Origin: Tagaea sp. | GTDB taxonomy: Bacteria > Pseudomonadota > Alphaproteobacteria > CACIAM-22H2 | Direction of reading: 5' to 3' | DNA length: 64,000 bases | Assembly (NCBI GenBank): GCA_965279525.1 | Contig: CBDIIB010000004.1 | Coordinates: 448,001 to 512,000, forward strand | Part shown: piece after piece, positions 19,068 through 29,124 of the stretch | Layout of the letters: every line of letters begins with the position of its first letter | How positions within the stretch are numbered: the first letter of the stretch is position 1 | The notes under the pieces: generated by a model | What the model was told of the DNA's origin: nothing | What the model saw: only the letters and a program-made list of their open reading frames with translations | The model's database searches: none | Program-made: the position numbers and the translations under genes

Positions 19068-19940
19068 ATGCCCGCCGACATCCAACTGATGCTTTCCAAG
19101 CTGTTCTGGCTCGTGGCCGAGCCGGCGAGCCTGCTGCTTTCGATCTGGGTCGCCGGATGCCTCGTGCTGTGGACGCGCTGGTGGCGTCTCGGGCGGGTCC
19201 TCGTCTGCATCGCCGCGACGCTCACGGTCGCCGTCGCGATCTATCCGATCGGCCAGGTGGCGCTCCGCCCGATCGAGGACCGTTTCCCGCCACTCGTGTC
19301 GCCGCCGCCGCGCGTCGACGGCATTCTCGTGCTGGGCGGCGTCATCGACTATTACGTCATCGGCAAGCGCGGGGTGCCGTCCTCGCTGCTGGCCGCCGGC
19401 AGCCCGCGGCTCGACGCGTTCATCGAGCTGGCCCGGCGCTATCCTGCAGCCAAGCATGTCTTCACCGGCGGCTCGATCGAGCTCATCGACGGCAAGGACA
19501 CCGAAGCCGACGTCGTGCGGCGCATCTTCGCGCGCATCGGCCTCGACACCACGCGGATCATCTTCGAGGACCAGTCGCGCAACACCTACGAGAACGCGCG
19601 CCTGACGCTCGACCTGATCAAGCCGGAACCCGAGGAAACGTGGCTGCTGATCACTTCGGCACGCCACATGCCGCGTGCGATGGGTACGTTCCGCAAGGCC
19701 GGCTGGCCGCATCTGCTGGCCTATCCGATCGACTTCGCGACCGACCCGAACCAGCCGTTCGACAGCGCGTTCCGGCTCGGCCACAACCTCAATTTCCTGT
19801 CGGAAGCGATCCGCGAATATGTCGGGCTTGCGTATTACTACAAGCTCGGGCGGATCGATGCGCTGTTTCCGGCACCCGAACCGGTCGCCGGCGAACCCGA
19901 AGACGCCGATCCCGCCGAGGCTCCGCCGTCGGATTCCTAG
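19068..19940 (+). CDS. YdcF/ElyC (DUF218) family envelope protein
   Basis: TM segments, GILVLGG, FTGG, EDQSRNTYENA, LITSARHMPRA. Confidence 0.88.
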   Translation: MPADIQLMLSKLFWLVAEPASLLLSIWVAGCLVLWTRWWRLGRVLVCIAATLTVAVAIYPIGQVALRPIEDRFPPLVSPPPRVDGILVLGGVIDYYVIGKRGVPSSLLAAGSPRLDAFIELARRYPAAKHVFTGGSIELIDGKDTEADVVRRIFARIGLDTTRIIFEDQSRNTYENARLTLDLIKPEPEETWLLITSARHMPRAMGTFRKAGWPHLLAYPIDFATDPNQPFDSAFRLGHNLNFLSEAIREYVGLAYYYKLGRIDALFPAPEPVAGEPEDADPAEAPPSDS

Positions 19941-20035
19941 GGAGCCGAATAAAACAAAGGGTCTGGATGACCCTGCCTGCTGGCGACGCACGACGCGGCT
20001 GACTGGGCGGCGGCGGGCGGCTATATCCTGCGTTT

Positions 20036-20518
20036 ATGACGCTGACGATTCGCCCCGCGATACCGGCCGACGCCGCCGAACTCGCCGACCTGATCAACGA
20101 GATCATCCAAATCGGCGGCACGACCGCTTGGGAAACCGAATTCACGCCCGACTACTTCGTCGAGCATTACATCGCGGGCGAAGGCTGCCTCACCTGCTTC
20201 GTGGCGCAGGCCGACCGGCTCTACGGTTTTCAAGCGTTGGGCCGCAACAAGGAATTGCCGACGGATTGGGGCGATATCGGCAGCTTCGCCCGCATTCGGC
20301 CGAAAATGCCCGGCGTGGGGGCCGCCTTGTTCGTGGCGACCATGGCCAAGGCGCGTGAACTGGGCCTCGTCGCGATCAACGCCCAGATCCGCGCCGACAA
20401 CAAATCCGGACTCGGCTTCTATTCGAAGATGGGATTCGTCGATTACGGTGTGAAGAAAGCCCTGCCGCTGAAGGACGGCACGAAGATCGACCGCATCCTG
20501 AAGCGTTACGATCTTTAG
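20036..20518 (+). CDS. GNAT-family N-acetyltransferase
   Basis: IRPA, GVGAALF, IRADN..GLGFYSKMGF. Confidence 0.85.
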   Translation: MTLTIRPAIPADAAELADLINEIIQIGGTTAWETEFTPDYFVEHYIAGEGCLTCFVAQADRLYGFQALGRNKELPTDWGDIGSFARIRPKMPGVGAALFVATMAKARELGLVAINAQIRADNKSGLGFYSKMGFVDYGVKKALPLKDGTKIDRILKRYDL

Positions 20519-20560
20519 CGTCCCCTTGCCTGAAGCCGATGCAGGCTAAAGTGCGTGACT

Positions 20561-21232
20561 TCAGTCGTGCCCACTTTCACCCGCTACGGCACGCCAGTCG
20601 CGCAGCATCGCGGCGTCGGGCTTCCGGTTCCAGAAATCGACGCGCACCGACGACGGCGACGCAAGGCTGATTCCGCAGCACGATCCTGTCGCCACACCGA
20701 GCTTGGCGCCGGCGACTGCGGCAGAGAACCACGCGGCATCCAGTTTCGCGAAATAGCGCAGGATCCCCTGTGAACTGCAGAGTACGGGCACGATGCGGCC
20801 GTCGCCGGCGGCAAGCTCGCGCACGAGCTCGCCGGCACCGCGCTCCAGCGTGTCGGGATCCGGCGACCAGCCCTGGCCGACCGGCCACACACAGCGGCGG
20901 TTCCAGGCTTCGAGTGTATCGGCGCCGGCGGTCGCGGCGATGTCGGCGTCCGTCCGGCCTTCCCAAGTTCCATAGTCAATTTCGCGCAGGCTGTCCTCGA
21001 TGCGCGGGACGAAGCCGAAGCCGTGCGTGACGAAGGCGCGCGTGCGCTGGAGAGGCCCCGCCAGAAACGGCCCGGCGGCCATGCCGGAACCGCGCACCGC
21101 TTCGGCGAAAGTCGTGGCCTGTGCGAAGCCCTTGGCCGTCAGCGGAATGTCCGAGCGCGAACCGACGCGCACGACCGGGGCGCCGTCCTCGAACGTGTTG
21201 CCGTGTCGCACGAGAAGGACGCGGCGCATCAC
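20561..21232 (-). CDS. Histidine phosphatase family protein
   Basis: LVRHGNT, PLQRT, LREIDYGTWEG; second His motif replaced by SSQG. Confidence 0.85.
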   Translation of the reverse strand: MMRRVLLVRHGNTFEDGAPVVRVGSRSDIPLTAKGFAQATTFAEAVRGSGMAAGPFLAGPLQRTRAFVTHGFGFVPRIEDSLREIDYGTWEGRTDADIAATAGADTLEAWNRRCVWPVGQGWSPDPDTLERGAGELVRELAAGDGRIVPVLCSSQGILRYFAKLDAAWFSAAVAGAKLGVATGSCCGISLASPSSVRVDFWNRKPDAAMLRDWRAVAGESGHD

Positions 21233-22038
21233 GCGACCCGCGCACTTCCGTCGTAGGCCGGCAGCAGTTCACCCTCGCGCGCGAGGATCGCCTCGGCCTC
21301 GACGAGATCGGCAGGGCTGTCGATCGACCAGTGGGTGCGTCCGCGATAGTCGCATTGCACGACCCGCATCCGGATGCCGTTCTCCAGTGCCCGAAGCTGC
21401 TCGAGCTCCTCGGCCTGCTCGAAGGGGCCGATCGGCAGCGTCACGTATTCCGAAAGTGTCTCGGGACGGAACGCATAGATTCCGATGTGCCGGAAGATCG
21501 GCAGCTCGCCTCCGGGCTTCTTGACGAACGGGATCAGGCTTTTCGAAAAATAGAGCGCGTCGCCGTTGCGGTCGAACGTGACCGTGGTGCCGCCAGCCTG
21601 GCCGCCTTCCTTCTGGCGCTTCAGCGCCGCGAACGCGTCGGGTGCCATGCGCGTGGCAAGCGTGCCGATGCGGATCGCAGGGTCTGCGGCCATGGCACCG
21701 GCAAGCGCGCCGATCACCCAGGGCGGCGTAAGGACGGCATCCCCCTGCAGGTTGATGATCGCCGTCTCGCGCGCGCCCAGCGCCTCGACCGCGGCGAACG
21801 TGCGCTCGGTGCCGTTGCGGCAGCTCTCCGGCGTCATCACCGCTTCGCCGCCGAAGGCGCGCACCGCGTCGGCAATGCGCGCATCGTCGGTCGCCACGAC
21901 CGTGCGCGACACGCCGTCGGCCGCGCGCGCGATCGCCCAGACGCGCTGGATCATCGCGATGCCGCCGACCTTGGCGAGCGGCTTGCCGGGGAAACGCGAC
22001 GAGGCGTAGCGCGCCGGGATGACGACAAGCGCGCTCAT
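21229..22038 (-). CDS. kdsB: 3-deoxy-manno-octulosonate cytidylyltransferase
   Basis: IPARYASSRFPGKPL, NGTER, NLQGD, ALYFSK, HIGIYAF, ELEQLRALENG. Confidence 0.93.
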   Translation of the reverse strand: MSALVVIPARYASSRFPGKPLAKVGGIAMIQRVWAIARAADGVSRTVVATDDARIADAVRAFGGEAVMTPESCRNGTERTFAAVEALGARETAIINLQGDAVLTPPWVIGALAGAMAADPAIRIGTLATRMAPDAFAALKRQKEGGQAGGTTVTFDRNGDALYFSKSLIPFVKKPGGELPIFRHIGIYAFRPETLSEYVTLPIGPFEQAEELEQLRALENGIRMRVVQCDYRGRTHWSIDSPADLVEAEAILAREGELLPAYDGSARVA

Positions 22039-23072
22039 GCTGCCCGTGCCAGATCGTGGAGTGCAGAAAGATAGGTTTCGGCCGGCGGAAAAAGGCGCGG
22101 CGTGGGCTTGCCGGCAAGCTTCCGGTCGATCTCGAAATGGAAGACGCGCAACAGCCACAGCGCTTCGCATGCACGCGACACGGCGATGTCGAGCACGGGT
22201 CCCCCGGCCGCGGCATAGGCCGCGCGCAACGCGCCGTAGAGTTCGGGGTCGGCCGTCAGCTGGCCGCTTTCGCCGTCCACGCGCGTCCAGTAGCGCAGCT
22301 TGACGAAGTCGAGCTCGGGCGGTGCGACGACCGCGTTGTCCCAGTCGATGACCCAAATCGTCGCGCGTGCCGCATCGTCGATCAGGTGCAGGCCGTGCAG
22401 GTCGTTGTGTGCCAGCGTCCACGTGACCTTGCGGTCGGCGCGCGCGGCCACCGTTTCGACGAAACGCGCAAGTGTCTCGGGGATCCGGCCGCGCGCAAGC
22501 TCGCGTGCGATCCCGGCACCGAGCCAGCCCGCGAAATCCTGCGGGACACGCCCGAGCGAAAGCAGATCGGGATAGCCGCCGTCGAAGCGCACGGCGTGGA
22601 TCGCGGCGATCGCCTGGCCCGCGCGCGCAATGGCGCCGGCATCGGCCTTGCGGGCTAGCGTGGTGCCCTCGCACCATCCGGTCAGTTCCCACGGCAGCGG
22701 CCAGAGTTCGTCGCCGTTGCTCCAGTAGACAAGGGCAGGGGCGAAAGGCGGGGCGAGCGTGCCGGATTTCGCGGTCGCAAGTCCGTCGGCCGCCAGTGCG
22801 TCCGGCACGCCCGCACGCTTCGCGGAATGGATCGCGGCGACGAGCGCCGACTTCGCCACGCCCTTCTCGTACCGGAAATGCGTCTCTTCGCGCCGCAGGC
22901 GCAGCGCGTACTTGCGACCGGCATGGACGACCGGCCAGGTCCGGTTGACGGCCCCGTCGATCGGACTTTCGATGGCGAGCGAGGCCGTGTCGAAGTCCGG
23001 GCCGAGGGCGCGCGCCATCAGCGCGGCGGCGTGGCGCGCATCGGCAGGCGGCAGGGCGACGGCGATCGACAT
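22035..23072 (-). CDS. Aminoglycoside-phosphotransferase-like kinase
   Basis: GAVN, HNDLHGLH (variant of HxDxxxxN), IDWD; stop overlaps kdsB start. Confidence 0.7.
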   Translation of the reverse strand: MSIAVALPPADARHAAALMARALGPDFDTASLAIESPIDGAVNRTWPVVHAGRKYALRLRREETHFRYEKGVAKSALVAAIHSAKRAGVPDALAADGLATAKSGTLAPPFAPALVYWSNGDELWPLPWELTGWCEGTTLARKADAGAIARAGQAIAAIHAVRFDGGYPDLLSLGRVPQDFAGWLGAGIARELARGRIPETLARFVETVAARADRKVTWTLAHNDLHGLHLIDDAARATIWVIDWDNAVVAPPELDFVKLRYWTRVDGESGQLTADPELYGALRAAYAAAGGPVLDIAVSRACEALWLLRVFHFEIDRKLAGKPTPRLFPPAETYLSALHDLARAA

Positions 23073-23178
23073 GGTCAAGGCGGCGCAAACTGCCCGTTTT
23101 TGCGGCCTTGCGCAACCACTTGCGCGATACCCGGAGTCCCGATTGCGTAGCCTGTACGGCCCATGGCAATCATCGCGC

Positions 23179-24165
23179 ATGGATACAGACACGAGTCGGC
23201 GCACGTTCCTCGGGGCCCTGGGTGCCACGGCCGCTTTCCCGCATGCAGTGCTGGCGAACGACATGCCCTTCGAAGTCTGGCTGCGGGGGTTCCGCGAGGA
23301 AGCCGTGCAGAAGGGCATGAAGCCCGGGACACTCGACCAGGCCCTGTCCGGCATCGCCCCGATCGGCCGGGTCCTCGAACTCGACCGGTCGCAGCCCGAA
23401 GTGCGCCTTACCTTCGAGCAGTACTTCGCGCGCGTGGTCAACAAGGTGCGCATCGACACCGGCCGCGCACGGCTCGCCGAGAACCGCGATCTGCTGACCC
23501 GCGTGGCCCAGCGCTATGCCGTCCAGTCGCGCTTCATCGTGGCGCTGTGGGCGGTCGAGACCGATTTCGGCCGGCTGACCGGCGGCTTCAACATTTTCGC
23601 GGCCCTGGCCACGCTCGCCTACGACGGCAGGCGCAGCCAGTTCTTCCGCGAGGAACTGCTCAATGCCGTCCGCATCGTCGACAAGGGCCTCATCAAGGCC
23701 AGCGACATGCGCGGTTCGTGGGCGGGTGCCATGGGCCAAAGCCAGTTCATGCCGTCCTCGTATCTCGCATACGCCGTCGACTTCGACGGCGACGGCCGGG
23801 CGGACATCTGGAATTCGCGCGCCGACGTGTTTGCGTCGATCGCAAACTACCTCGTGCGCGCCGGCTGGAAGGGCGACGAGAACTGGGGCCGTGCGGCGAG
23901 CCTGCCGGCGGGTTTCAGCCGCGAGTTGGTCGACCACAACAAGGTCACGAAGACGCTCGCCGAATGGCAGGCGCTCGGCGTGCGCTCGGCCGACGGCGGC
24001 GACCTGCCCGGGCGCGATCTGGCCGCGTCGATCGTCCAGCCCGACGGCGTGGCCGGTCGCGCGTTCCTCGTCTACAACAATTTCCGGTCGATCATGCGCT
24101 GGAACCGGTCCGTCAATTTTGCCACGTCGGTGGGCCTGCTTGCCGACAGTATCGGCGAGGTTTAG
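23179..24165 (+). CDS. Lytic murein transglycosylase (MltB-like, Tat signal)
   Basis: SRRTFLG, DRSQPE, WAVETDFG, GSWAGAMGQSQFMPSSY, DFDGDG. Confidence 0.92.
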   Translation: MDTDTSRRTFLGALGATAAFPHAVLANDMPFEVWLRGFREEAVQKGMKPGTLDQALSGIAPIGRVLELDRSQPEVRLTFEQYFARVVNKVRIDTGRARLAENRDLLTRVAQRYAVQSRFIVALWAVETDFGRLTGGFNIFAALATLAYDGRRSQFFREELLNAVRIVDKGLIKASDMRGSWAGAMGQSQFMPSSYLAYAVDFDGDGRADIWNSRADVFASIANYLVRAGWKGDENWGRAASLPAGFSRELVDHNKVTKTLAEWQALGVRSADGGDLPGRDLAASIVQPDGVAGRAFLVYNNFRSIMRWNRSVNFATSVGLLADSIGEV

Positions 24166-24220
24166 CCTCGATTTGTCATGTTTCAGGCGCGTCGATTCGC
24201 GCCTGTCCGTCAGGAATACG

Positions 24221-25477
24221 ATGTCCGTCCTGGGTTCAGCATTGCGCGCGTCTGTTCTGGTCGGCACGGCCATCGCCGCGCTCGGCCTTGGCGCGTGTTC
24301 GGAGCTCAAGTTCGGCGTTTCCGTCGTCAAGTCGATGCAAGGCACGCCCGAAACGCCGGCCTCCGGCCCGGCAGCGCGTGCGCAGGGAACCTACAAGGTC
24401 GGCGAGCCCTACCAGATCGCCGGCGCCTGGTACTATCCGGCGGAAGACTGGAACTACTCGGAAACCGGCATCGCGTCGTTTTACGGCGGCGAGCGGACCG
24501 GGACCAATTTTCACGGTCGGAACACGGCCAACGGCGAACTCTACGACATGAACGCGCTGACGGCGGCGCACACCACGCTGCCGATGCCCAGCCTCGTGCG
24601 CGTCACCAACATGGACAACGGACGGTCGATCGTCTTGCGTGTCAACGACCGCGGCCCGTTCGCCCGCGGTCGCATCATCGACGTGTCGCGCCGGGCCGCA
24701 CAGCTTCTCGGCTTCGAAGGGCAGGGGACCGCGCGCGTTCGTGTCGACATGATGGCGGAAGACAGCCTGCGCCTGAAGGCGGAGCTGACCGGGCGCAGCG
24801 ACGAGACCCAGACCGTCGCCGCGGCACCGCGCACGTCCGTCGCCTCGGATGCGCTGCCGCCGCCGCCCGGTGCGCGCGAGACGCGCACGACTTCGGCCGC
24901 TTTGCCGCCGCCGTCCGCCACGCTGCCGCCGGTCCAGACGGACCGCAGCCGCGTGGGAACGACGACGCGCCAGGGCCGGCCGCGTGAAACGCAGGTACCG
25001 CTCGCGCGCCAGGCCGAACCGATCCGTACGCAGGCGGCACAGGATCTGCCGCCACCGGCTGCCGTAGCACCGGCACCTGCACCGGCGGCCGTCCAGGGAC
25101 GCAGCGGTCCGGCGGCGACGCCGCGCACGGCGCCTGCCGCCACATCCGCCCGTCCGGCCGCAGCACCCGGCGGATCGCGCGAAGTCGCGGCACTGCCCGT
25201 CGAACAGCAGGCCGCCGCGCGCCCGGTCCTGACCCAAGGGGCTGCCGAGCGTTCGAGCCTGTGGGTGCAGGCCGGCGCCTTCGGAAACTACGAGAATGCC
25301 TACCGGCTGTCGGTCCGGCTTTCGCGCTATGGTTCCTCGCGCGTCGTTCCGGTATCGCTCAATGGCAGCCAGCTCTATCGCGTGCGCGTGGGCCCGATCG
25401 CCGACGTGAAGGATGCCGACCGGATGCTCGAACAGATGGCCTCCGATGTGCCCGAAGCGCGCATCGTGGTCGATTGA
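24221..25477 (+). CDS. rlpA: Septal ring lytic transglycosylase RlpA with SPOR domain
   Basis: Lipobox LGAC, YKVGEPY, TAAHTTLPMPS, RVNDRGPF, C-terminal VQAGAF...YRVRVGP. Confidence 0.92.
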   Translation: MSVLGSALRASVLVGTAIAALGLGACSELKFGVSVVKSMQGTPETPASGPAARAQGTYKVGEPYQIAGAWYYPAEDWNYSETGIASFYGGERTGTNFHGRNTANGELYDMNALTAAHTTLPMPSLVRVTNMDNGRSIVLRVNDRGPFARGRIIDVSRRAAQLLGFEGQGTARVRVDMMAEDSLRLKAELTGRSDETQTVAAAPRTSVASDALPPPPGARETRTTSAALPPPSATLPPVQTDRSRVGTTTRQGRPRETQVPLARQAEPIRTQAAQDLPPPAAVAPAPAPAAVQGRSGPAATPRTAPAATSARPAAAPGGSREVAALPVEQQAAARPVLTQGAAERSSLWVQAGAFGNYENAYRLSVRLSRYGSSRVVPVSLNGSQLYRVRVGPIADVKDADRMLEQMASDVPEARIVVD

Positions 25478-25491
25478 GGGGATTTTTGACC

Positions 25492-26742
25492 ATGCGCGCC
25501 CGTCTCGTCGTCGCCGCCGTCCTGCTTGCCGCCGCCGTTGCGCCGGCCGTCGAAGCGCAGCAGCAGCGCCCGCCGGCGGCACCGCGCGCCCAGCAGCAGG
25601 CACCGGCTCAGCGTCCGGCCGCCACACCGGCCGCACGCGCGCCGTCGGATGCGATGCCCGAAGTCTCGGCGCGCCAGGTGATCGTGCTCGACTACCATAC
25701 CGGCTTCGTCATGTTCGAGCGCAGCGCCGACGAACGCATGCCGCCGTCGTCGATGAGCAAGGTGATGACCGCGTATCTGGTCTTCGAGGCGCTGAAGACC
25801 GGCAAGCTCAATCTCGAAGACATGCTGCCCGTGTCCGAGCGCGCCTGGCGCATGCAGGGCTCGAAGATGTTCGTGCCGCTCAACGGGCGGGTGAAGGTCG
25901 AGGATCTCATCCGCGGGATGATCGTCCAGTCGGGCAACGACGCGTGCATCGTGCTTGCCGAAGCGCTCGCCGGCAGCGAGGAAGCCTTCGCCGAGCAGAT
26001 GAATGCCGAGGCGCGGCGGATGGGCCTGAACGGCTCGAATTTCCGCAACGCGACCGGCTGGCCCGATCCCGATCACTACATGACGGCACGCGATCTCGCC
26101 ACGCTCTCGCGCCGCGTCGTGGACGACCATCCGGAGTTCTACAAATACTACCGCGAGCTCAATTTCACATACGGCAAGGACGAGCGGACCGGCAGGGACA
26201 TCACGCAGGGCAACCGCAATCCGCTGCTCTACAAGAACATCGGTGCCGACGGCATCAAGACCGGCCATACCGAGCAGGCGGGCTACGGGCTGACGGCCTC
26301 CGCGATGCGCGACGGACGGCGCGTGATCGCGATCTTCAACGGCTGGACGTCGATGCGCCAGCGCGCCGAGGAGTCCGAGCGGATGGTCGAATGGGCCTTC
26401 CGCGAGTTCCAGACCTACCGGCTGTTCACTGCCGGGCAGGAAGTCGACCGGACGGATGTGTGGCTCGGCGTCAAAGGCAGCGTGCCGCTGCTGGCCGCAC
26501 AGGACGTCGCGATCACCATGCCGCGCCGCCTGCGCCCGCAGCTCCAGGCCAGGATCAGCTACGACAGTCCGGTGCCCGCACCGATCGCGGGTGGCCAGGC
26601 TCTCGGCCGCATCTCGCTGACAGCACCCGGCCTGACGCCGATCGAAGTTCCGTTGATCGCGCAGGAAAGCGTGGACCGGCTGGGCTATTCGGAACGTCTG
26701 TCGGCCGCCCTCAACCACCTGATTTTCGGCCCGAAGAAGTGA
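25492..26742 (+). CDS. D-alanyl-D-alanine carboxypeptidase (PBP5/6 family)
   Basis: SMSK, SGN, KTG motifs; signal peptide. Confidence 0.92.
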   Translation: MRARLVVAAVLLAAAVAPAVEAQQQRPPAAPRAQQQAPAQRPAATPAARAPSDAMPEVSARQVIVLDYHTGFVMFERSADERMPPSSMSKVMTAYLVFEALKTGKLNLEDMLPVSERAWRMQGSKMFVPLNGRVKVEDLIRGMIVQSGNDACIVLAEALAGSEEAFAEQMNAEARRMGLNGSNFRNATGWPDPDHYMTARDLATLSRRVVDDHPEFYKYYRELNFTYGKDERTGRDITQGNRNPLLYKNIGADGIKTGHTEQAGYGLTASAMRDGRRVIAIFNGWTSMRQRAEESERMVEWAFREFQTYRLFTAGQEVDRTDVWLGVKGSVPLLAAQDVAITMPRRLRPQLQARISYDSPVPAPIAGGQALGRISLTAPGLTPIEVPLIAQESVDRLGYSERLSAALNHLIFGPKK

Positions 26743-27407
26743 GCCCACGGCCGCGCCGTCGCGGGCTTTTCATCACCTTCGAAGGCGGAGAAGGGGCCGG
26801 CAAGTCGACCCAGATCGCGCGGCTCGCGACCCGCCTGTCTGCCGCCGGCATCGACATCCTCGCCACGCGCGAACCAGGAGGACCGCCCGGCGCCCTGCCG
26901 CAGGCGATGGCGTTGCGCCGGCTGCTGGTGGAAGGCGAGCCGGGCGCGTGGAGCCCGCAAAGCGAAGCGCTGCTCAACTACACCCAGCGCATCGAGCATG
27001 TCCGGCGGATCATCGAGCCCGCACTCGCGCGCGGCACGTTCGTCCTTTGCGATCGCTTCGCGGATTCCACGATGGCGTATCAGGGTTACGGTCACGCGCT
27101 GGGCCGCGCGTTCGTCGCGAAGCTGCACCGCCTGACGCTTGGTACCTTCAAGCCCGACCTGACGCTGATCTTCGATCTTCCGGTCGAAGCCGGCCTGAAG
27201 CGCGCACTGGCGCGGGCCGGGACGGAAACGCGCTACGAGCGGATGGACATCGCCTTCCACGAACGGCTCCGGCGCGGCTTCCGGGCGATCGCGCGGGCCG
27301 AACCCAAACGCTGCGCGCTGGTCGATGCGCGCGGCGATATCGATACGGTCGAGAAGCGCATCCTGACCGTCTTGCGCAAACGGCTCGGCGCCCGGTTGCC
27401 CGCGTGA
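26739..27407 (+). CDS. tmk: Thymidylate kinase
   Basis: FITFEGGEGAGKSTQ, REPGG, CDRFADSTMAYQG. Confidence 0.95.
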   Translation: MSPRPRRRGLFITFEGGEGAGKSTQIARLATRLSAAGIDILATREPGGPPGALPQAMALRRLLVEGEPGAWSPQSEALLNYTQRIEHVRRIIEPALARGTFVLCDRFADSTMAYQGYGHALGRAFVAKLHRLTLGTFKPDLTLIFDLPVEAGLKRALARAGTETRYERMDIAFHERLRRGFRAIARAEPKRCALVDARGDIDTVEKRILTVLRKRLGARLPA

Positions 27408-28522
27408 ACGACGAACCCGAAGACAAGGCCCCCCGGCCGCGGGCCAATCCCGATCTGGTCGGCCACGATGCGGCCGAGGCAGGCCTGCTGGATGCGTGGA
27501 ATTCCGGCCGGCTGCCGCATGCTTGGCTGATCGCGGGCCCTCGCGGCGTTGGAAAGGCAACGCTCGCCTTCCGCTTCGCGCGTTTTGCGTTGGCACAGGG
27601 TGCAAGCCAGGCCGAGCAATCCGGCGGGCTGTTCGGTGGCGGTCCACCGCCGGCGCCGAAGTCGCTGGCGTTGTCCGCCGACCATCCGGTCTTCCGGCGC
27701 GTGGCCGCGGAAGGCCATGCCGACATGCTGACGCTGCAACCCGGCATGCCCAATCCGAATTCGAGCCCGCCCAACAAGCCCTCGCAGGAGATCATCGTCC
27801 ATTGGGTGCGCCGCGCGGTCGACCTGCTGCATCGCACGGCGGCGGAGGGCGGCTGGCGCGTCGTCGTCATCGACACCGCCGAGGACATGAACGATTCGGC
27901 GCAGAACGCGCTGCTGAAGGCGCTCGAGGAGCCGGCGCCAAAATGCCTGCTGCTGCTCGTGTCGAATGCGCCGGGCCGGCTGCTGCCGACAATCCGGTCG
28001 CGCTGCCGGATGCTGTTCGTGCAGCCTTTGCCGGCCGCAACGGTCGACGCCCTGCTGCAGCGCTACCGGCCGGAGCTCAAGCCCGACGAACGCCAGACCC
28101 TGATCGGTCTGTGCGAAGGCTCGATCGGCCGCGCGATGGAGCTTGCCGACCGGGGCGGAGCGGAGCTCTACCGCACGCTGCTGGATCTGCTGGCCGGCCT
28201 GCCGAAGCTGGACACCGGCGAGGTGCACGGCTTCGCCGAGACCATGTCACGCAAGGGCGACGACGCGCAGGCAAGTTTCCGCACGGCTCTTGATCTGATG
28301 GGCGGGATCGTCCACCGGCTTGCCAAGACGGCCGCCGGCGAGCGTGCCGTCCTGCCGGCCGAAGCGCAGCTTGCCGCCCGCTGTGCTGGACGCGGCACCC
28401 AGCCCTGGGTCGAGGCGTGGGACCGTCTGGGCCGGCTCGAAAGTGCGGGCGACGGGCTCAATCTCGACCGCAAGGCGGTGCTGCTCTCGGCCTTCGCGGC
28501 GCTCGAGCGGGCCGCATCCTGA
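27404..28522 (+). CDS. holB: DNA polymerase III subunit delta'
   Basis: HAWLIAGPRGVGKAT, NALLKALEEP, LLPTIRSRC; follows tmk. Confidence 0.93.
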   Translation: MNDEPEDKAPRPRANPDLVGHDAAEAGLLDAWNSGRLPHAWLIAGPRGVGKATLAFRFARFALAQGASQAEQSGGLFGGGPPPAPKSLALSADHPVFRRVAAEGHADMLTLQPGMPNPNSSPPNKPSQEIIVHWVRRAVDLLHRTAAEGGWRVVVIDTAEDMNDSAQNALLKALEEPAPKCLLLLVSNAPGRLLPTIRSRCRMLFVQPLPAATVDALLQRYRPELKPDERQTLIGLCEGSIGRAMELADRGGAELYRTLLDLLAGLPKLDTGEVHGFAETMSRKGDDAQASFRTALDLMGGIVHRLAKTAAGERAVLPAEAQLAARCAGRGTQPWVEAWDRLGRLESAGDGLNLDRKAVLLSAFAALERAAS

Positions 28523-29053
28523 TCAGCCGATATCGGTCGGCACCAGATAGGCATTGAGGCTTGCGCGCGTCGAACTGATGTCGGCCCAGTCGTCGACCGT
28601 GAAGCTGAGATCGAGGAACGCGCAGGTGGGGAATTTCGTCGCGATGCGCCGGCGCGTCTCGATCTCGCCGGGCGGAACCAGCCGCAGGGCCAGGTCCTCG
28701 AGACCCGGATTGTGGCCGATGAGCATGACCTGTGACGGCGGCTCCGGGCTCTCGTCGAGCCCGCCAAGCACCTCCAGGATCGTCTCGGCGTCGGCCAGAT
28801 AGAGCCTGCGCTCGACCCGGATATCCGGTGTGGGACCCAAGGCCGGGCGGACGGCAGCCAGCGTCTCGCGGGTCCGGGCGGCGGCCGAGCACAACACCAG
28901 ATCCGGGTGAAGGCTGCGCGCGGCCAGCCATTCGGCCATCGCGTGCGCCGCGCGCTGGCCCCGCTTGTTCAACGGCCGGTCGAAATCGTCCAGAAAGGGG
29001 TCCTCGCGGGACGATTTGGCATGCCGAAGCAAAAAAAGACGCTTGGGTTTCAA
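28523..29053 (-). CDS. sixA: Phosphohistidine phosphatase SixA
   Basis: LLRHAKS, DFDRPL, SAAARTRET, IGHNPG, FPT. Confidence 0.88.
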   Translation of the reverse strand: MKPKRLFLLRHAKSSREDPFLDDFDRPLNKRGQRAAHAMAEWLAARSLHPDLVLCSAAARTRETLAAVRPALGPTPDIRVERRLYLADAETILEVLGGLDESPEPPSQVMLIGHNPGLEDLALRLVPPGEIETRRRIATKFPTCAFLDLSFTVDDWADISSTRASLNAYLVPTDIG

Positions 29054-29124
29054 AAACTTGCCATCAAACTGCGGGTAAATTCGCTCCGTGATACCATGAA
29101 CCCTTCTTCCGGAGGACCGAAACC

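Noticed and set aside
24800-25250. Pro/Ala-rich low-complexity stretch in rlpA
   Set aside because: Ordinary flexible linker between the DPBB and SPOR domains
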